Shown piece after piece: positions 41,328 through 53,136 of a stretch of 64,000 nt of DNA. Position 1 is the first letter of the stretch, and every line of letters begins with the position of its first letter. The DNA comes from Minutocellus sp. GHC0000111. Taxonomy: Eukaryota. The notes under the pieces were generated by a model. That model searched no databases. It was not told the origin of the DNA and saw only the letters and a program-made list of their open reading frames with translations. A program made the translations under genes and the position numbers. The stretch spans positions 4,960,001-5,024,000 of the forward strand of contig OZ361256.1 of assembly GCA_977018835.1 (NCBI GenBank), written 5' to 3'.

Positions 41328-43487
41328 CTAGCCCAGGGGCAAAGGCTCCTGAGCAACTTGTAGTTGCAAGCCAAACACACCCAAGGGAGACATTGGTGGT
41401 AGTTCCAGAATGACGTCCTGATCGGGAGCACTTAGCTCAATCTGCATGTTTAGATCTCTCGTGCACACCTCACCAACCATCTCCTGTAATACTTCAAATC
41501 GTTTGACTCTATCCTTTTCGAGAAAGTCAAGGCGTTCTCGAAGCATATTGAGCTGTTTTCTTGGAGCGGCAGTTACTCCAGCATCGATCTCAGCACGTTG
41601 TATTGTTTCCGACAGGTCGGCAAAGGATGGCTCCGAGCTCGATTCTAACTTCCGCTGTTCCATCACCATCTCCATCCAATCACCATGCTGAGCCGTGAAT
41701 AGCTCGGCATCAATCATTGCCAGACCTCGGTTGATTGATTGTGGAACATTGGAGCCACTGCAGATTGTCAGACCTTCCTTCATCGAGCACAAATCTACTA
41801 GCTTCTGCAATTGAGATAGGAACGATTCAAGCCGCAGCCTTGTAGCTTCTGAACTTGACTTGAACCGATAAGTTCCGAAGGGGAATATGTCGGACGACAG
41901 TGACCCTGTGTCACGCGGAATGCCCTGCAGATCCAACAGCAGCGGTCGTATTCCGGTTCTCAACTCGGACCCCGCCTTTCGGCAGAGCAAAGGTCGAAGG
42001 CGACGCAGAAGCTCCTCAAGAGCTGGCAACTCACTGGCTTCAACAACTCCTGGCACTACCTTGAAATTTGCCTTACGATTCTCCATGTACCGCGCCAGGT
42101 CGGTAAATGGAAGGAGCATTCTCGCCATCCCAATCTCAACCTCTTCAATGCGCCGCTCCAATTCCAGAGCCTCGATCAGCTTGGGGTGGTGTAGAGCATC
42201 TTGTACAGCTCGCTCTGTGGCTTGCGTTCGCCGGTGGAGTCCTTCCTTGCTATTGCTTTGGTGCAAGGCGAGGGAGGCGTCTACTAGAGAAATGGACGGG
42301 GCCTTTTGGATCGATTGGTGAGCCTCCAGAAATGCACGAAGCGGGGCTCGATATTCGCACTTTACTAGGTACAATCGTTTGATCACGACGCCATCGGCTT
42401 CGGCGGCGACACGGAACTGATACAGCTTGGCCGGTAGGTCATGCCGAAGCAAAAGCAGAACAACATTCACAGCATCGGCTACGGACGAAGACAAACGCAT
42501 TGGAGAGTCACCATTGCCAGAACTCTCACCACAATGCACATTCACAAACCGATGTCGGACGAGGTTGCGCATGAGCCTGTGAATGAAGGAAATGACGTCG
42601 TCAGCCCAGCAATAATCGGGGCAGTACAGGCGCTGCGATTCCCAGCAATCTCGGCGACGGGGCTGGTACTTTCGTCGCTCCGGTGGGATTCCAAAGGATA
42701 GGCTGCTGGTACCGGCAGAGTCGCCACCAACTCCGCCGCCAACACCTGAACTGGGTCCACCCTCACCGCCGGCCGTGGTATCGACCCGAAAGCTGCCCTG
42801 GTTGGAGAGGGTAGCACCAGCACTGACACTACTCTTTGACTTGGACGGCGATTTGCCAGGACCACCGGAAGCACCACCACCACTACTGCCACTTCCCGAA
42901 CCTGATCCCTCCTCCTCCGACGACTCTTCTGAACTGGATGTTTCAATCAAGTTCGCGGTCTCAGCGAGGGGTTCTGTAACCATCCTGCCGATCGCCTCAT
43001 TCGTCCCATCGAGACACGCTATCGCAAAGGACATGGCCAGATCTGCCAACGCATGTGCCTGTGCCAAATCCTTGGTGTTAATATCGTGACTACTCGAATC
43101 GCCACCGCTCGCAGGGTTGTCAGCAGATGTGTTTGTGTCGTACGTCTTGCCATGCAGCGCAATCTCCTTCACGAGCCGGCTGCACTGCCTTTTGAGCTCA
43201 AACAGCGTCATTAGAACATTGTTCGACGTGCATATCGTGGAGGTCATCCCCCCCTCATGGGCCTCGAACAGAGCCACATCGAGCAGGGTGATGAGGCCTG
43301 GCGATGCCGTCAGAGCGAGGGATGGCGGGTGGTGCTGGGAAGAATGAGACCGGCTTGAAACAGCAGCTGGTGTAGGAGTGGGTCGATTCTGAGAGGCAGA
43401 TGCATCATCCCCTGCGTTGTCTCCGGGGTTATTGCCGCCAAATAGAGCGCCGATGACGCCTTTGACGGGGGTCAGAAGCGCCGCCAT
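41328..43487 (-). CDS. Hypothetical protein (719 aa, helical/coiled-coil)
   Basis: Long ATG ORF with globular-looking core (RDCWESQRLYCPDYCWAD, KRLYLVKCEYRAP); no family recognised. Confidence 0.8.
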   Translation of the reverse strand: MAALLTPVKGVIGALFGGNNPGDNAGDDASASQNRPTPTPAAVSSRSHSSQHHPPSLALTASPGLITLLDVALFEAHEGGMTSTICTSNNVLMTLFELKRQCSRLVKEIALHGKTYDTNTSADNPASGGDSSSHDINTKDLAQAHALADLAMSFAIACLDGTNEAIGRMVTEPLAETANLIETSSSEESSEEEGSGSGSGSSGGGASGGPGKSPSKSKSSVSAGATLSNQGSFRVDTTAGGEGGPSSGVGGGVGGDSAGTSSLSFGIPPERRKYQPRRRDCWESQRLYCPDYCWADDVISFIHRLMRNLVRHRFVNVHCGESSGNGDSPMRLSSSVADAVNVVLLLLRHDLPAKLYQFRVAAEADGVVIKRLYLVKCEYRAPLRAFLEAHQSIQKAPSISLVDASLALHQSNSKEGLHRRTQATERAVQDALHHPKLIEALELERRIEEVEIGMARMLLPFTDLARYMENRKANFKVVPGVVEASELPALEELLRRLRPLLCRKAGSELRTGIRPLLLDLQGIPRDTGSLSSDIFPFGTYRFKSSSEATRLRLESFLSQLQKLVDLCSMKEGLTICSGSNVPQSINRGLAMIDAELFTAQHGDWMEMVMEQRKLESSSEPSFADLSETIQRAEIDAGVTAAPRKQLNMLRERLDFLEKDRVKRFEVLQEMVGEVCTRDLNMQIELSAPDQDVILELPPMSPLGVFGLQLQVAQEPLPLG

Positions 43488-43731
43488 AGCTGCCGCTTCA
43501 TATTATGTGAGCTTTCATATTAATATGGGGCGGCGCAGGACCCTACAGCCCTAAAATTCTCCCAATCAAATCGTCAGAAAATCAAATTTTTGGGAGTGCG
43601 GCGTGGGGGTCATTCAAAGAGGCTTCAAAGGGCCTATCAGCAGCTATCAGCATCCCAGCATGGTCGAACCCATCATGCTCGCTTGGAACGGCCCTCTCGA
43701 CTGCCTCTGCCATTATTTACTACTGTAGTAC

Positions 43732-46132
43732 ATGCATCGAGACGCACCAGCATCCTCTCTCACACTCTCCCCGATGATCAAACGGCGTCGATCACGAAGC
43801 GGCAGCAGCCGTGCCAGCACAACAAGCCTCCGCATCCTCTCGGCTGTGGCGGCATGTGCCGCAGCCGATCTTCTCTGGAACAATGGCGAGCTGCTTCTGC
43901 AGGTGCGAAAGCAGGGGTCTGCAATAGCACCGGCCAATATATCTCGATTGCTCTCGGTGGTCGGTGGCGACGGCACCAATAGGATTCCCAACAATAATAA
44001 TCGGGGGCTAAGCGCCAACGAATACCGTCGCATCGAACGAGCTGGAGGCAACGACGATGGTGCAGCAGATGGTAGTAGGGCATACAACTTTGTCCCGCAG
44101 CTGAGCTACATGCAGGGGGGGTATTCGCCCAACTCGGAACATGTTGCCGTAGACATTCTGCTTGAAGATAGCGACCAAGCATCATCACCCGTACGACGGC
44201 GATGGGAGGGATCGGCGTCACCTGCTTCTGACTCTGAATCCAATAATATCCCCACCGTTCGAGCTGGACATGAGATGGCATTTGTCATTAGCAACTTTCC
44301 CACGGCCAACGTACTGACGCCAAGTCACTGTCCCACGGGCATCCTAGTTTGGTTCAAGAGTGCCGTTGATACCGACGTGGTGTTTGCTGCCCCGGCATTT
44401 TACTACGATAGCACCCAAGACGCCGAAGAAGAAGATGGCACCTACAAGGAGCTCATCGTTCGAACGACCATTGCCGATCCTGGACAGTATGAGGTGCACA
44501 TTGTGGCGTATACCGCTGAGGTTACCGGAACTGGTGCTAGAGGTACCTTGGGAGATGTCCGCCCTGTACCGGGTGGGCCTTGGAATCTGTTGGTGATCGA
44601 TGATGACAGTGATACTGCTACCAACGGCCCTCAGACAACGACACGAATCCAAGTACCCCAGCGCATGTGCACCCTATCCGATCTCAAATCTTCGGGCAAT
44701 GGCCGCTGGGTACAGTGCTCCAAGGCAGGAATACTTGCAGAGCAGTGTCTGGAGGATGACTGGGTCTTTCTCCCCGTTGACTGTCGATATGATGTCTTCA
44801 CGGCTCCTGACGCATTGGAAATGGCCAAGGCCGTTGTCGACGCAAGAGGTAACGACAAGCCAATATGGATTGTCTTGACCGGTTCTTCGATCGAGCGAGG
44901 AACGCTGCATGCCATGGTCGACTTCCTCGGGGGCATTATCGATGACTGGGAGAATATGACCGAGCTTAGCGAAGAAGAGAGTGGGGGTAGAACAACCGTT
45001 GCTGATGCCCTATTTTACAAAATAGCCGAGCAGCAGTGGAAGGGGTCCCTCAACAAGTGCTGGGGCTGGTACGTTTTGATGCAGTTGATACAAATTTGTT
45101 CGTTTGCTAACGATACACCTTGCCATTGCTCACTTTTATTCTTTTTCTTTTGCCTTCCCTCCTTTTCGTCCCCAAAGGTATGATGTTCAGGTTGGAAGTA
45201 TTCGCCTTTCATATCAGAATATGAGAAGTTTATATTTCCATGATAGCGCGTACAGAGAAGGGGCATTGAATCGATGGGATGAAATTATTCAAGAAGGACC
45301 CGACATGATTATGGTCGGGGATGTTAACAAGTTCAACTACGATGCAATCCCCTACAGACGCATGCTCCAAGCGGCTGCCGAGAGCCCGGTCTTTGACGGC
45401 CAAATAATCTTTTCTCCCCAAAAGGAGAGGCTGTTGACTGCTGGAATCGGCAGCTCCTACCTCTGTGCTACTTCAGAACAACAATTTTCAGGCAAGGCCC
45501 TAACATCCATTCTGGACGAGATTGATAGTCGGCTACAGGGTGCTCTTCAAGAATGTGGCAATTCTTGCACTAGCTTGGCAAGTCGTCTACACCTTTCCGA
45601 CGAAACCACCATGAGTTGGTCCTTCGTATTCGACATGGAACGATCTTTATCCAGCGAGGTATTTGCTCAACACTTTCACTGGTATTCCAAAAGCGGCGAG
45701 CCAAGACGCCAATGTGGGTCAGAACATATCGATCGAAGGTATATCATTGGGTCGGTGACAGAAATGGCAGCCCAGATGTATCTTGGCACGACCCTTCAAC
45801 ACCTGCACGAGAAGGTCGGCAGTCCATTCATCCAGCGATTTCGATCCTGTGCGTCTGTCTACGAAAAAGCCTTTGCTCGTCGACACCCTTTCCGAGCCTG
45901 CTTCTCTTGCCCGGTAAAGGCTTGCTGTGACTTTCCCAACGTGGGCTGGAACCCACCAAGTTCTCCCGGACAATCCTTGTCAGATCCAGAACTGAAGAAC
46001 GTTGTTGATAATTTCCGAGAAGGAGATGGGCTTGAATTCTGTTACGCTGGTACCGTTACGGACGGTCCCTTCATTGATTTAGAAGGAATGTCGAAATTCG
46101 ACTATGACAGACGAAGACTTCAGTCATTTTGA
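43732..46132 (+). CDS. Type II membrane protein, NXPE/PC-esterase-like architecture, 2 exons
   Basis: N-terminal anchor, Ig-like segment (DPGQYEVHIV), GRWV..WVFLPVDCRY, WIVLTGSSIERG. Intron 45069-45177 (GTACGT..AAG) restores CWGWYDV. Confidence 0.7.
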
Positions 46133-46365
46133 TACCGATACATGTGCTGGTAGTTAAAGATAGGAGTTACACGTACCGTTAGAATCTACAAAGAGAGTGC
46201 ACAGTTGAGTTATGATTGATTATTCATTCGGCTACGTCTGTACGCACGTACACGTAGCCAAGTCTCAAAAGTCTGGCCGCCGATCTGACGCCATGTGAAG
46301 CTGGAGCGCTGCTTGCACGCTATCGCTATGCTGCGCGCCGCTGGTGCATAAACCAAAATGCCATC

Positions 46366-48316
46366 ATGCCGAAGCTCACGGCCGCCGAGAGGAACAAGCG
46401 CAAGCGCGAGCGCAAGAAGAGGGAGAGGGAGGAGAGGCGCAAGAGGGAGGAGGAAGAGGCTGCGGCCCAAAAGGCGGTACCGGGAGATGGGGACGCAACG
46501 GACACCACCGCCGATGCAACGGCGGCCACCGGCGGCGGAAGCACGTCGGAGGTTGAGGTCGAGGTGGAGTACGTGGCGGCTCCTCTTGCGGTAGGTGCTG
46601 ACGGTGGCCAAGCAGCGACTGCCAACGATAGTGGTGTGGCCGTAGCCGGTCCGGGCGCTGAGGAGGGTGGAGATGACGAGAACGACATTGCCGCCGTCCT
46701 TCGTCGCTTCCAGTCGCGGTCCGCCGTGTTGGTTACAAACGACGAGGGTGCCAAGAAGGAGGAGGACGTGGCAGACGCCGCCGCGAAAGCCAAGGGCGGT
46801 CCATCACCTGACGACGAGGACGATCTATTCGATGCCGATGATGAAGGTGACGGAACTCCGGCCATATCCAACCGTAAGCGGAGGGAGCTGGAACGTCCAA
46901 CGGTCGCCGAGCTCAAGAATCGCGTGAAGCGGGCCGACCTTGTCGAGGCACACGATGTGACGGCGCCGGATCCAGACTTTTTGATCGCTCTCAAAAGTGT
47001 GCCGGGGACGGTGCCCGTTCCAAGGCATTGGGGACGTAAGCGCAAGTATCTGCAGGGCAAGGTGAGTTTTATAGACGACGGGCGATATTGCATCTTGTGC
47101 TTGAAATACTTCAAAATCCGACATGAAATATTTATTTCAATACATGTCAATACATGCTCAACTCTCACCATTTCTGCTTCACACATAACAACACACTTAT
47201 TCCCACCTAACAGCGAGGTATCGAGAAACCACCATTTCAGCTGCCCGACTTTATTGTAAAGACTGGTATCTGCGACGTTCGTGATGCAGCTGCGGACGAT
47301 CAAGACAAAATGAGCTTAAGGGTGGTATGGATGTGGACTACCGCGTCTTGCACGATGCCTTCTTCAAGCATCAGACCAAGCCCAAATCCATGACTAAGTT
47401 TGGCGATCTGTACTACGAGGGTAAGGAGTTCGAGACGAAGAAATCATCCGATCTGCAGGTTGGCAACCTGTCGGCGAGACTGCGAGACGCCCTTGGCATG
47501 ACGACGGCGACGGCCCCTCCTCCATGGCTAGTCAACATGCAGCGTTACGGTCCTCCGCCATCGTATCCAAACCTAAAGATCCCCGGATTGAATGCCCCAC
47601 TTCCCGAGGGGTGTTCGTATGGGTATCACATGCATGGCTGGGGCAAGCCACCGGTTGATGCCTACGGTCGGCCTTTGTATGGAGGCGATCCGTTCGGAAA
47701 GCCGACGGCCGAAGGTGGAGAGCAGGGCGAGGAAGGACCTCTTGGTGTGGCCGGCCTTTCTGGTCTCATTACCAGTGATGGCAAAACTATCGTCAAGAAG
47801 ACATGGGGCGCTCTCCCGACGGCTGAGGAGTCGGAGGAAGAAGAGTCGAGCGATGAAGAGTCGGAATCAAGCGGAGAGGAGATGGCCGAGTCGTCCGAGG
47901 AGGAAGAAGGCGACGAGGAGGGCGAGGAAAAGGAACCAATGGCGCCACCGGCAGGTGTTGCGGGTACAGAATCAGTTTTGCCGCCAGGTGGTGCCGACTC
48001 GGTTGTTCCAGGGTCAGCCGTTGATCTACGCAAGGCTCCTGGTGCCGAAACCCCGATGGAACCCAAGCAGCTGTATCAAGTTGTGCAGCAGAAAGCGGCC
48101 GATGGTGATGCGCAGACGGGCGCTGTCTTCAAGTCGGATGTTGCATACGTCTTGCCAGGATCTGCTGGTGCGGCAGCTGCTCCAGGCGGTGCGGTTCCGG
48201 AGGGAGCTGAAAGTGTGCTTGCCAAAGCCCCCAACCAAAAGTCGGGTAAGAGAAAGCATGATCGTCTAGGTGACGACGACGACGACGATGATCTCGGAAA
48301 GAAGTTCAAGTTTTAA
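46366..48316 (+). CDS. SF3B2: Splicing factor 3B subunit 2 (SAP145); intron 47062-47213; frame-breaking deletion near 47320
   Basis: TVAELK..DLVEAHDVTAPDP..VPVPRHW..KYLQGK|RGIEKPPFQLP..DYRVLHDAFF..GDLYYEGKE..PPPWLVNMQRYGPPPSYP..GWGKPPVD; ends KKFKF. Confidence 0.95.
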
Positions 48317-48482
48317 TTCGAAACAAAGTAGAAATTACCATATACTCTGAGGTAGTAGGGCATCGCATGAGAGCGTCTAAAATTAGCAGATCATGGTATT
48401 ACGCAGCGAAAACAGTCGTACTTGAAGTCTGCATGTATGTTGTAGTAGGAGCAACAGCCAGACAGGGCACTCATGCGCTAGC

Positions 48483-49100
48483 CTATCTATTTTCTACATC
48501 ACTCAGATCATGACCCTGCTGATAGTATTCTTCTGAACCTTGAAAAACATGTCCACTGAAAGGATAATACCCTTTCTTTTGAGCATCTTGGTTATTCAAT
48601 ATCTTATCATCTTCCATCGCTATTGGTTTTATTAATCGGAGAGCCTCTTCCCGAAGATCCTGAGGGATATTTGCCTCCATTGCTGTGGTATGGCGAAAAT
48701 TGTTGCATGCATGAGCCCATAGCCAATCACCTGCAATCTCATACAGGTTTTGCCTCAGCGTTTGCCAGTCAATTTTGCCCTGATCGGATATGCCGCCGAA
48801 CGACGATAATATTTCGCGTGCTTTGGAATCACTTCCTTCGTTCAATAGGGTTGGGTCTTTGTCAATCACCAAGAGAGCATCAAGAATGCGCCCAGCCCGG
48901 GCCGACTGGTACGGTGTGCCAAATTCCTCGACATAACAAAGCAAAGAGCCCAGGGCCAATCCCGATATCTCATCTGCTGTATCGCTTGAGGGTGCCGAGC
49001 ATGTCACGGGTGTAGGTGCTGCGGCACCATCAATAGGCGTGGCATGCGCCGATGTTTCTGCCATGGCACCACTACCGTCTCCTTTGTTTATATTGTTCAT
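48483..49100 (-). CDS. Hypothetical protein
   Basis: 205-aa ATG ORF with plausible composition; alternative start MAETS; no family recognised. Confidence 0.6.
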   Translation of the reverse strand: MNNINKGDGSGAMAETSAHATPIDGAAAPTPVTCSAPSSDTADEISGLALGSLLCYVEEFGTPYQSARAGRILDALLVIDKDPTLLNEGSDSKAREILSSFGGISDQGKIDWQTLRQNLYEIAGDWLWAHACNNFRHTTAMEANIPQDLREEALRLIKPIAMEDDKILNNQDAQKKGYYPFSGHVFQGSEEYYQQGHDLSDVENR

Positions 49101-49231
49101 TGATCACACAGGTGTTGCTGAAAGCACGCAATGCATTGCAAGGTGACATATGAGTGCCGCGGCTGGCCGGCTTCGATTGGCCTTTTCTCTTTCTTCCTTT
49201 TTCTTCTAAAAAGAGGGGAAACGAAGATTTG

Positions 49232-49303
49232 GATTCATTCGATTGAATTCGATTCGGTCGATGATTCGATTGAATTCGCTCGATTCGATCATTCGATTCA
49301 TTC
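49232..49303. repeat. Degenerate (ATTCG)n pentamer tract
   Basis: GATTCATTCGATTGAATTCGATTCGGTCGATGATTCGATTGAATTCGCTCGATTCGATCATTCGATTCATTCG, between divergent genes. Confidence 0.8.
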
Positions 49304-49428
49304 GCCATATTCATTCCTTTTCTCGATCTTTCGAAAACGCGAGCCACTACACGTACTGGTTGCTTGGCGGCAATCGAATTCGCGACCAAGTGGTGACGGT
49401 GCCTTTTACTGAACAAAGAAGCACGAAG

Positions 49429-50298
49429 ATGCATCCTCGCCGATGCAGCAATACCATATCCAAAGGCGTTATAATTGTTACCTCCCTCGTGATTTGTGCG
49501 CTGTGCTCTCCTTGTCGAGCTCAAGTAGCCCGAGGTAACACGTACTGCGAAGTGTTGTGGGGTGCCCTTGCCAGTGGAACGCTGACAGTAAGCTGGAATG
49601 GCACCACTGGCGACTGTCCAACGAGTCCTGGATTTTATGACCTAACAGAAGAGGATGTTCGCTCGGTGCATGGGGCTGATGAGGCGCAAATCGTAGGCTG
49701 GAATGGCATCAGACAGTGGACTCTGGATGCGTTGGTTCCACAAGAACAAGTGGATGCCGAGGACATTGTTTATCACTCGTACGGCAACATGTTTCCAGAT
49801 GGCTCTGGCCTTTTGATGAGAGAAGCAGCCACTTTTCCTATTCCAATCGGCGGAATGAGAGCATACACAAGCAATTACGTCGCACGAAGCGTCACGGCCG
49901 TATGGAAATCTGGTACTGAAGTATACGAACTGGTCGCGCCAAACTGCACTCAAATTTACACCATGCAAAGTTTCATGTACGGCCGCCCAGGAGATTGGTA
50001 TGTCAAAGGTGGAGAAGAAGCGTTGCCGACCTTGGCGGAGGATCGGAAAATATTTCCACCAAAAGGTTGGATTTATCGAACAAGAATACTGGATGCAGAT
50101 TTGGTAATTGAAGGATTCAATGGAACCACTGAAGTATTGGCAGATGATCTGAAGAATTCATACTCACTACACGATTCTGTGGACGTATCAATCTGCCCAG
50201 ACATTGGTGAAGGCAATACATCCCCTGCAGGCAATCGAAATTTGAAGCCAATAATATTGATGATGGTTATCGCCTTGTGCATTTATGTCGCCTGGTAG
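49429..50298 (+). CDS. Secreted or C-terminally anchored protein of a bacterial-type uncharacterised family
   Basis: Signal peptide; RGNTYCEV..DCP..NGIRQWTLD..VYELVAP..YTMQS..PKGWIYRTRIL..DDLKNSY; hydrophobic C-terminal tail. Confidence 0.75.
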   Translation: MHPRRCSNTISKGVIIVTSLVICALCSPCRAQVARGNTYCEVLWGALASGTLTVSWNGTTGDCPTSPGFYDLTEEDVRSVHGADEAQIVGWNGIRQWTLDALVPQEQVDAEDIVYHSYGNMFPDGSGLLMREAATFPIPIGGMRAYTSNYVARSVTAVWKSGTEVYELVAPNCTQIYTMQSFMYGRPGDWYVKGGEEALPTLAEDRKIFPPKGWIYRTRILDADLVIEGFNGTTEVLADDLKNSYSLHDSVDVSICPDIGEGNTSPAGNRNLKPIILMMVIALCIYVAW

Positions 50299-50328
50299 AA
50301 AAAGAATTCCGGTAATTTTTTAGTTCAC

Positions 50329-52673
50329 TTAACCAAGCAATATGACACTCAAACCTTTGCTGGTGTCCCCACTTCTTGATTTCTTTCCATCAGCTCCGAG
50401 TTTGAGAAGCAGAGTCGAAGTTGACACCGCCTCTGAGAACAGTGCTGAGCCAGCCAACAGGTCCTTCTTTACCTGCATTAGTTCCTCGTCAGTGAGAAAT
50501 ATCTGAACTGAGGCCTTTCCAAATTCTGGAGACGCAGCTTGTGTCTGGTCATCACCTGTTCTTTGATGATTCGTTCTATTGGTAGCTAGAGGAGGGCAGC
50601 ACAAGTCGACCCCTCCCCAAGTCCAAGACATGATATCATCGATACTATCGGCCTTGGCACTGCTACCGCCGATCTTATCCTCGTAGTTATCAACAAACTC
50701 GTAAATAACCTTGACTCCTCGCGTCAGCGGAGTTGATCTTCGGTCGTTTTCTGAGCATGAGCTACATGCCAACACTGTATCCCAGCTCAAAATCTTGAGC
50801 AAGAGACATTCGTTGCCGTCGTTTTTGTCAAGACCTTCACCAGGACCATTGCCGTCTATACGACCTGCGGTAATAACAAAAGTAAACACTGCTTGACTTT
50901 CCGCGTACCGAATCATATCTTTGGCCAAAAATGAAGCACAAGTATTCTCCGAAAGCGCGTTCTTCATCATCCCTTGCGATTTCTCATCTCGAATCATTGA
51001 GCTAAGACGATGTTTGAACAAACGACACGCTTCTACATTCTCAAGAGAGGCGAATCCCAGAGTAGTACAACATTGACTGCAACACAGGGTTGCACCGCCA
51101 ACTGAATCTCTCCACTTTCTCAGTCCACGAAACTCTGCCCCATTTTTCACCGCATCGAGATCGGCCAAGCCACTCGGTGGCACCTTGTCACCGGTGTCGC
51201 AGGTGCTTTGATTATCGGCATCCTCAATATCCTTCAATTCTTCTTCGCGCTCGCCGTAGCCATCGATGGCAAGAACAGATACATTGTGACCGAGATCTCT
51301 CTTGTTCAGAACCACGACGCTTTCGTCTTCAAGGATCATGCCACGATCAGCGACTGTTGACTTGGACCCAAAGTCAAATGCTGGTTGCTACAGTATGTCA
51401 AGGACGAAAAGTCAATAGAAATAAATGTTAGCACTTCAAGCAGCAAAAGATCATGAGGTACCAAAGCTTTGAATGTACGACATATACTTACACCTTCATA
51501 ACAAGTGAGGTAGTCTGCAACTTCATCCCAACACCCAACGGGTAGAGGGAAGACGCCGTCTATCTTTGTATCCGCGGCAAAAAGACGATGACTGCAAGAT
51601 CTACAAGAAAGGTTGGCTAGGTCCTTGGCATCGGACGCTGAAAAATTCGCCGCAACTACTTCTTCTCTGTCGTCCAAATTTGCCCATCGCTCGTCAACAG
51701 ACGCCTTTGTATTCAGCTCCTTTTGTTCTTGGTTGTGACCAGCCAAGTCAGATGAGTATGGCAGCCTCATTGAAATTGAATCATCATTGTCGTCAACCGA
51801 AAGTCGCATACCAGGTGCTTTGGGTAAAATTTGGCCAGGGAGGGACATCGATAGCAATATCTCCTCATTTTTGCCATTCATAATTGTGTTACTGGCGTCA
51901 GGATCCAATATGAGTAGGACCCTCGAGTGTGCATCCTTTGCATCAGGCCCAATGCTCAAGCGCAATCTATCCGAGAGAGAATCGTATTTCGTTGTTTTGT
52001 CTCGAAGAGTCATTGTAACCGAATAGCATGAAACATGAGGTAAACGCTCGACCAGGCATTGATAGCCCCCAGCAATACAATCAAAAACAGATCGAACTTC
52101 CCGCTTGGGTTTCTTGTTAATCGGAACTTTTGCCTCCTCTCGTGAATTGGTACCAGATGGAATCAATTGAGTTATCGCAGATGTAGCCGGTGGTATATCA
52201 CTTGTACCATCCCCAATTTTCGATTCTGTAGCTTTTGTTTTCTTATCAACACCATCTGCCTCCGATCTCTCTTGATCATTCTTGGCCAAAATAGACTTTA
52301 CGTCTTCAATGGCATCCATTGTCTTGTGGTATTCCTGCTGCACTTCGTCCATTGTCATATTCGCCAACCTTTCGGAAAGTATAGTCTGCAATTCGGCCTG
52401 GGCTGCCTCAACGTTACCGCTCGCAGGTAAGGATGCCGGCAGCTGCTGGTCGCTGCCCTCGCCAGACGATTCGGACCGACGGGCGAAATAGATGACGTCG
52501 CATGCGTTCCTGTGTCCCCTTTTTCGATCGTTCCAATCGGCCCGCTGGCAGTCGCGCGAGCAAAAGGAGGCCTGGTAGCATCGGGTGCAGCGTCGAAGCT
52601 TGCACTTCTTTTGGCACCAGTCGCACTTCGAAGAAGCCGGAGGATTTGGCTGCCCTTCATTGTCGCTACTCAT
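50329..52673 (-). CDS. MYND zinc finger fused to UBE3D/HECT_2-like E3 ligase domain, 2 exons
   Basis: CDWC..CTRC..FCSRDCQRADW..HRNAC; LSCRSC..PLPVGCWDEVADYLTC; intron 51491-51388 (GTAAGT..TAG); LCCSQC..LG..RLFK; LLKILSWD; VKVIY. Confidence 0.8.
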
Positions 52674-53136
52674 TATGCTGGTGCGGAGGAGAGTGGTAGT
52701 TGTTAAGGTACTGTAGGCGTCTTCTTGGGCTGGAGCACCGCGAACGTCAGTGGCTTGGTTGGGGTCAAGGTACGAGCTCGTACGCTCGTACATGAAGTGG
52801 ACGGGGCTGCGGCGGCACGTGCAACGCAACGCGCGTGCCGTGCCGTGATTCGTCGCTTACCAAGGAGCTTAGAGAACCCGGAAAGTAAGGACGGCAAGTG
52901 TGTTGGTGGCCACCAGGAGATGTGCGGCCATCGATCCCTCAGTTTGTTGTTGGTCTTGAGCTCGCAGAGCTGATAGCAGTAGATGGGAAAGTGGGAAGTA
53001 GAATAGAAAAATGAAACAATATTCCCGTTTCGCCCCTCGAACACACGGCACCTCAGCGGCGCACCAGCAAGACTGCCGTGAACATCACTGTCGAGAGGTG
53101 CGAAAGTTCCAATGACACAAACGCCCCGGCGGCACG

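Noticed and set aside
46326..47303. 325-aa minus-strand ORF
   Set aside because: Antisense shadow of SF3B2.
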